Shown here: positions 62,050 to 64,000 of the stretch, one piece after another | How the letters are laid out: every line of letters starts with the position of its first letter | How positions within the stretch are numbered: the first letter of the stretch is position 1 | Assembly: GCA_047495785.1 (NCBI GenBank) | Contig: JBLDXI010000011.1 | Span: 310,001 to 374,000, forward strand | DNA length: 64,000 bases | Reading direction: 5' to 3' | Origin: Lepidodermella squamata | Lineage: Eukaryota; Animalia; Gastrotricha | The notes under the pieces: generated by a model | What the model was told of the DNA's origin: nothing | Databases searched by the model: none | What the model saw: the letters and a program-made list of their open reading frames with translations, nothing else | Position numbers and translations under genes: made by a program

Positions 62050-63302
62050 ATGTGGTTGGTAGCGCTATCCTTACTGGTTGTGCTATTGTTCAGGATGGCA
62101 TCTGTCATACAGGGCAATATGAGTTTCGATGAGATCACACGTATGCATGAAATTTTCCGCATTTCGTGCCCATTTGCTTTTTACAAATGGCTGCCTAACC
62201 ACCTCATCAACGGTAGTGAGAAATCTCCCCCTGGTACGGACACTGATATCATTATAGTGTTGCTACCACCCGTCAAAATTCACGACACCGCCCGTCAGTT
62301 ATCGATCGTCCATGAATTCACTGCGACTTGGCATTGGCCGTGTGACATGGATGCATTCTGTAGAAATCTTGCGGCTGTCAACATAACGGAATGCGATTTA
62401 AAGTATTTCTACATGTATGCACCGCTGGGCGACGTATGGTACCCGACATTCCTCCACGGCAATGCAGTTTCTGATCCTGCGGCTATAATGGGGTGAGATT
62501 TACCTTTCATTGAGACTCAGTGATATTGATTCCCACGAGAATTTGTCCACAATTACAATAAAGTGTAACCATATTTTTCAGGTCGATTGTACAGACGAGA
62601 GTTAAAATCGAACCATTTTCCGGCGTTTCAAATTGGATGGCATCAGGAAAGCTGGATTCTCAGTGCTCTGAAGTCGGGCAAATCTCGCGGTTCCCTTTCG
62701 ATACCTTTGAATGTACCGTTGTAATTCTGCCATTTGGGGACGTTCGACTTTCGAACGTTCAAATAGATCCGATTTTCTTGGAAGGTGGAGATGTTGGTCA
62801 CGATGGCGATGTTTGGGCTTTCCAACGGCTCAACTATTCGTTCGAACACTGGCACAGTTCGATTCAGTTATCATTCAAACGCAAACCAGGCTTTATCATC
62901 CAAAAAGTCATCGTGCCCTGCTACATCTTGGCTGTTCTTCAGGTTGTAGGGCTCATAATGCCTGCTCGGATGCCAGACCGGCCCGTTTACAACATCACGG
63001 TCCTACTTGCATTTTTCGTCATTCTCGGCATGGTATTCGAGGCGATTCCACAATCGTCAGATCCAATTTACTTGGTTATTTTGATTGAAGTGAAAATCGG
63101 TATAGGAGCTGTTATAACTCTATACACGCTTTTCACCCTCCGTTTTGCTAAACGGGACCTGTCAAAGCGACCGGTCATGCTAATACTTACCGTATCACTA
63201 ACCGTCATAGAAGTAATGGACATTGTTGCAGCAATCACTGTTATTGCCTTATCAGGCATTATCGATGGAGTTTTATTCCACAAAATGATAGAGTTTTATT
63301 AG
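62050..63302 (+). CDS. Gene H: tandem paralog of F/G; exons 62050-62492, 62582-63302
   Basis: CSEVGQISRFPFDTFEC; DRPVYNITVLLAFF; same intron. Confidence 0.88.
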
Positions 63303-63334
63303 ATTTTTTTCTCTGTTGATTGAAGGAAAAATAA

Positions 63335-63645
63335 AAAGATTGTTGTTTCTATGGTCGACGTTTTGGTTGACGTCGATGAATCGGTCGTAGTTTGAGTGGA
63401 TGCCGTTGTCGCGGGCTTAGTTTGAGTTGAAGTTGTTCTTGTAGTTGAAGTTTTTGTTGAAGCTGAAGTTGTGGGCGTGGTTGATGTCGCAGCTGCTGGT
63501 TCACTCAGGTACCAAAAGTAGAAGCGGCTCACCCGGACCCACGCGAAAGCGTTGTCCATTGAGCGGAATGCATCAGCGTTGTTGTATAGATAATTCCCAA
63601 TATTTGGCAAGTTCATCGGCGAGCTAATGATCGCGTTCGCACCAG
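63335..63645 (-). pseudogene. Orphan fragment of a lectin C-terminus/Thr-stalk exon
   Basis: NADAFRSMDNAFAWVRVSRFYFWYLSEPAAATSTTPTT matches NVIRLLAADNANAGVRLTKFSFWVLS of gene J; truncated at both ends. Confidence 0.7.
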
Positions 63646-63647
63646 AA

Positions 63648-63896
63648 CAGACCGGCCCGTTTACAACATCACGGTCCTACTTGCATTTTTCGTCATTCTC
63701 GGCATGATTTTCGAAGCGATTCCCCAGTCGCCAGAGCCAATTTACCTGGTCATTTTGATAGCAGTGAAAATCGCGATTGGAGCAATTGTAACCTTTTACA
63801 CCTTAGTCACCCTGCGCTTTGCTAAAGGGGGCTTGTCAAAGCTACAGGTCATGAACATTTCCTTTATTTCCTTTACCGTCATCGAAGCCATGGACA
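63648..63896 (+). pseudogene. M2-M4 fragment of an F/G/H-clade channel, interrupted by a transposon
   Basis: DRPVYNITVLLAFFVILGMIFEAIPQSPEPIYLVIL...VIEAMD; its start is nearly identical to gene H from ~62974. Confidence 0.75.
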
Positions 63897-64000
63897 GGTG
63901 TGGCGACAAGTGAGCAAACGACTATTCAACATGCGACAGCTCGGGACGACTATTCGGCAAACGTCAACTTGACGTTGAAAAACTAAAGGACCGAAAACGA
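63897..64000. mobile_element. Left end of a DNA transposon related to the element at 1319-2035
   Basis: Begins ggtgtggcgacaa, identical to the reverse-complemented right terminus of the 1319-2035 element, followed by cgactattc-type ~15-bp repeats. Confidence 0.7.

Overview
Eukaryotic, almost certainly invertebrate metazoan, genomic DNA with GT-AG introns mostly 45-130 nt long and many transposon remnants. I cannot identify the species. 1-13.5 kb: a truncated RTE-type LINE, two MITEs and a Mutator remnant. A recent ~2.7 kb tandem duplication plus an inverted duplication amplify two kinds of small secreted peptide genes: a two-exon prepropeptide family with a single-disulfide mature peptide (4 copies, mostly missed by the ORF track) and a CSab/macin-like Cys-rich gene carrying one in-frame stop. 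14-64 kb: a dense interleaved cluster of three families. (i) Eight divergent Cys-loop (pentameric) ligand-gated ion channel genes plus two fragments, lacking acetylcholine-site residues. Three of them are fused behind a signal peptide + L-type (ERGIC-53/VIP36-like) lectin-like domain + long Ser/Thr mucin-like stalk. (ii) Two secreted proteins with the same lectin-stalk module ending in a Cys-rich repeat and a VWA domain. (iii) Six intronless genes for a probable 8-TM (2x4TM) membrane protein with twin PPxY motifs. The best candidate for an undescribed system is the shuffled lectin-mucin module, mounted on either an ion channel or a secreted VWA protein and co-duplicated with the 8-TM family. 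All domain calls are from visual motif recognition and all exon models from manual splice-site and frame reading; none is database-verified.
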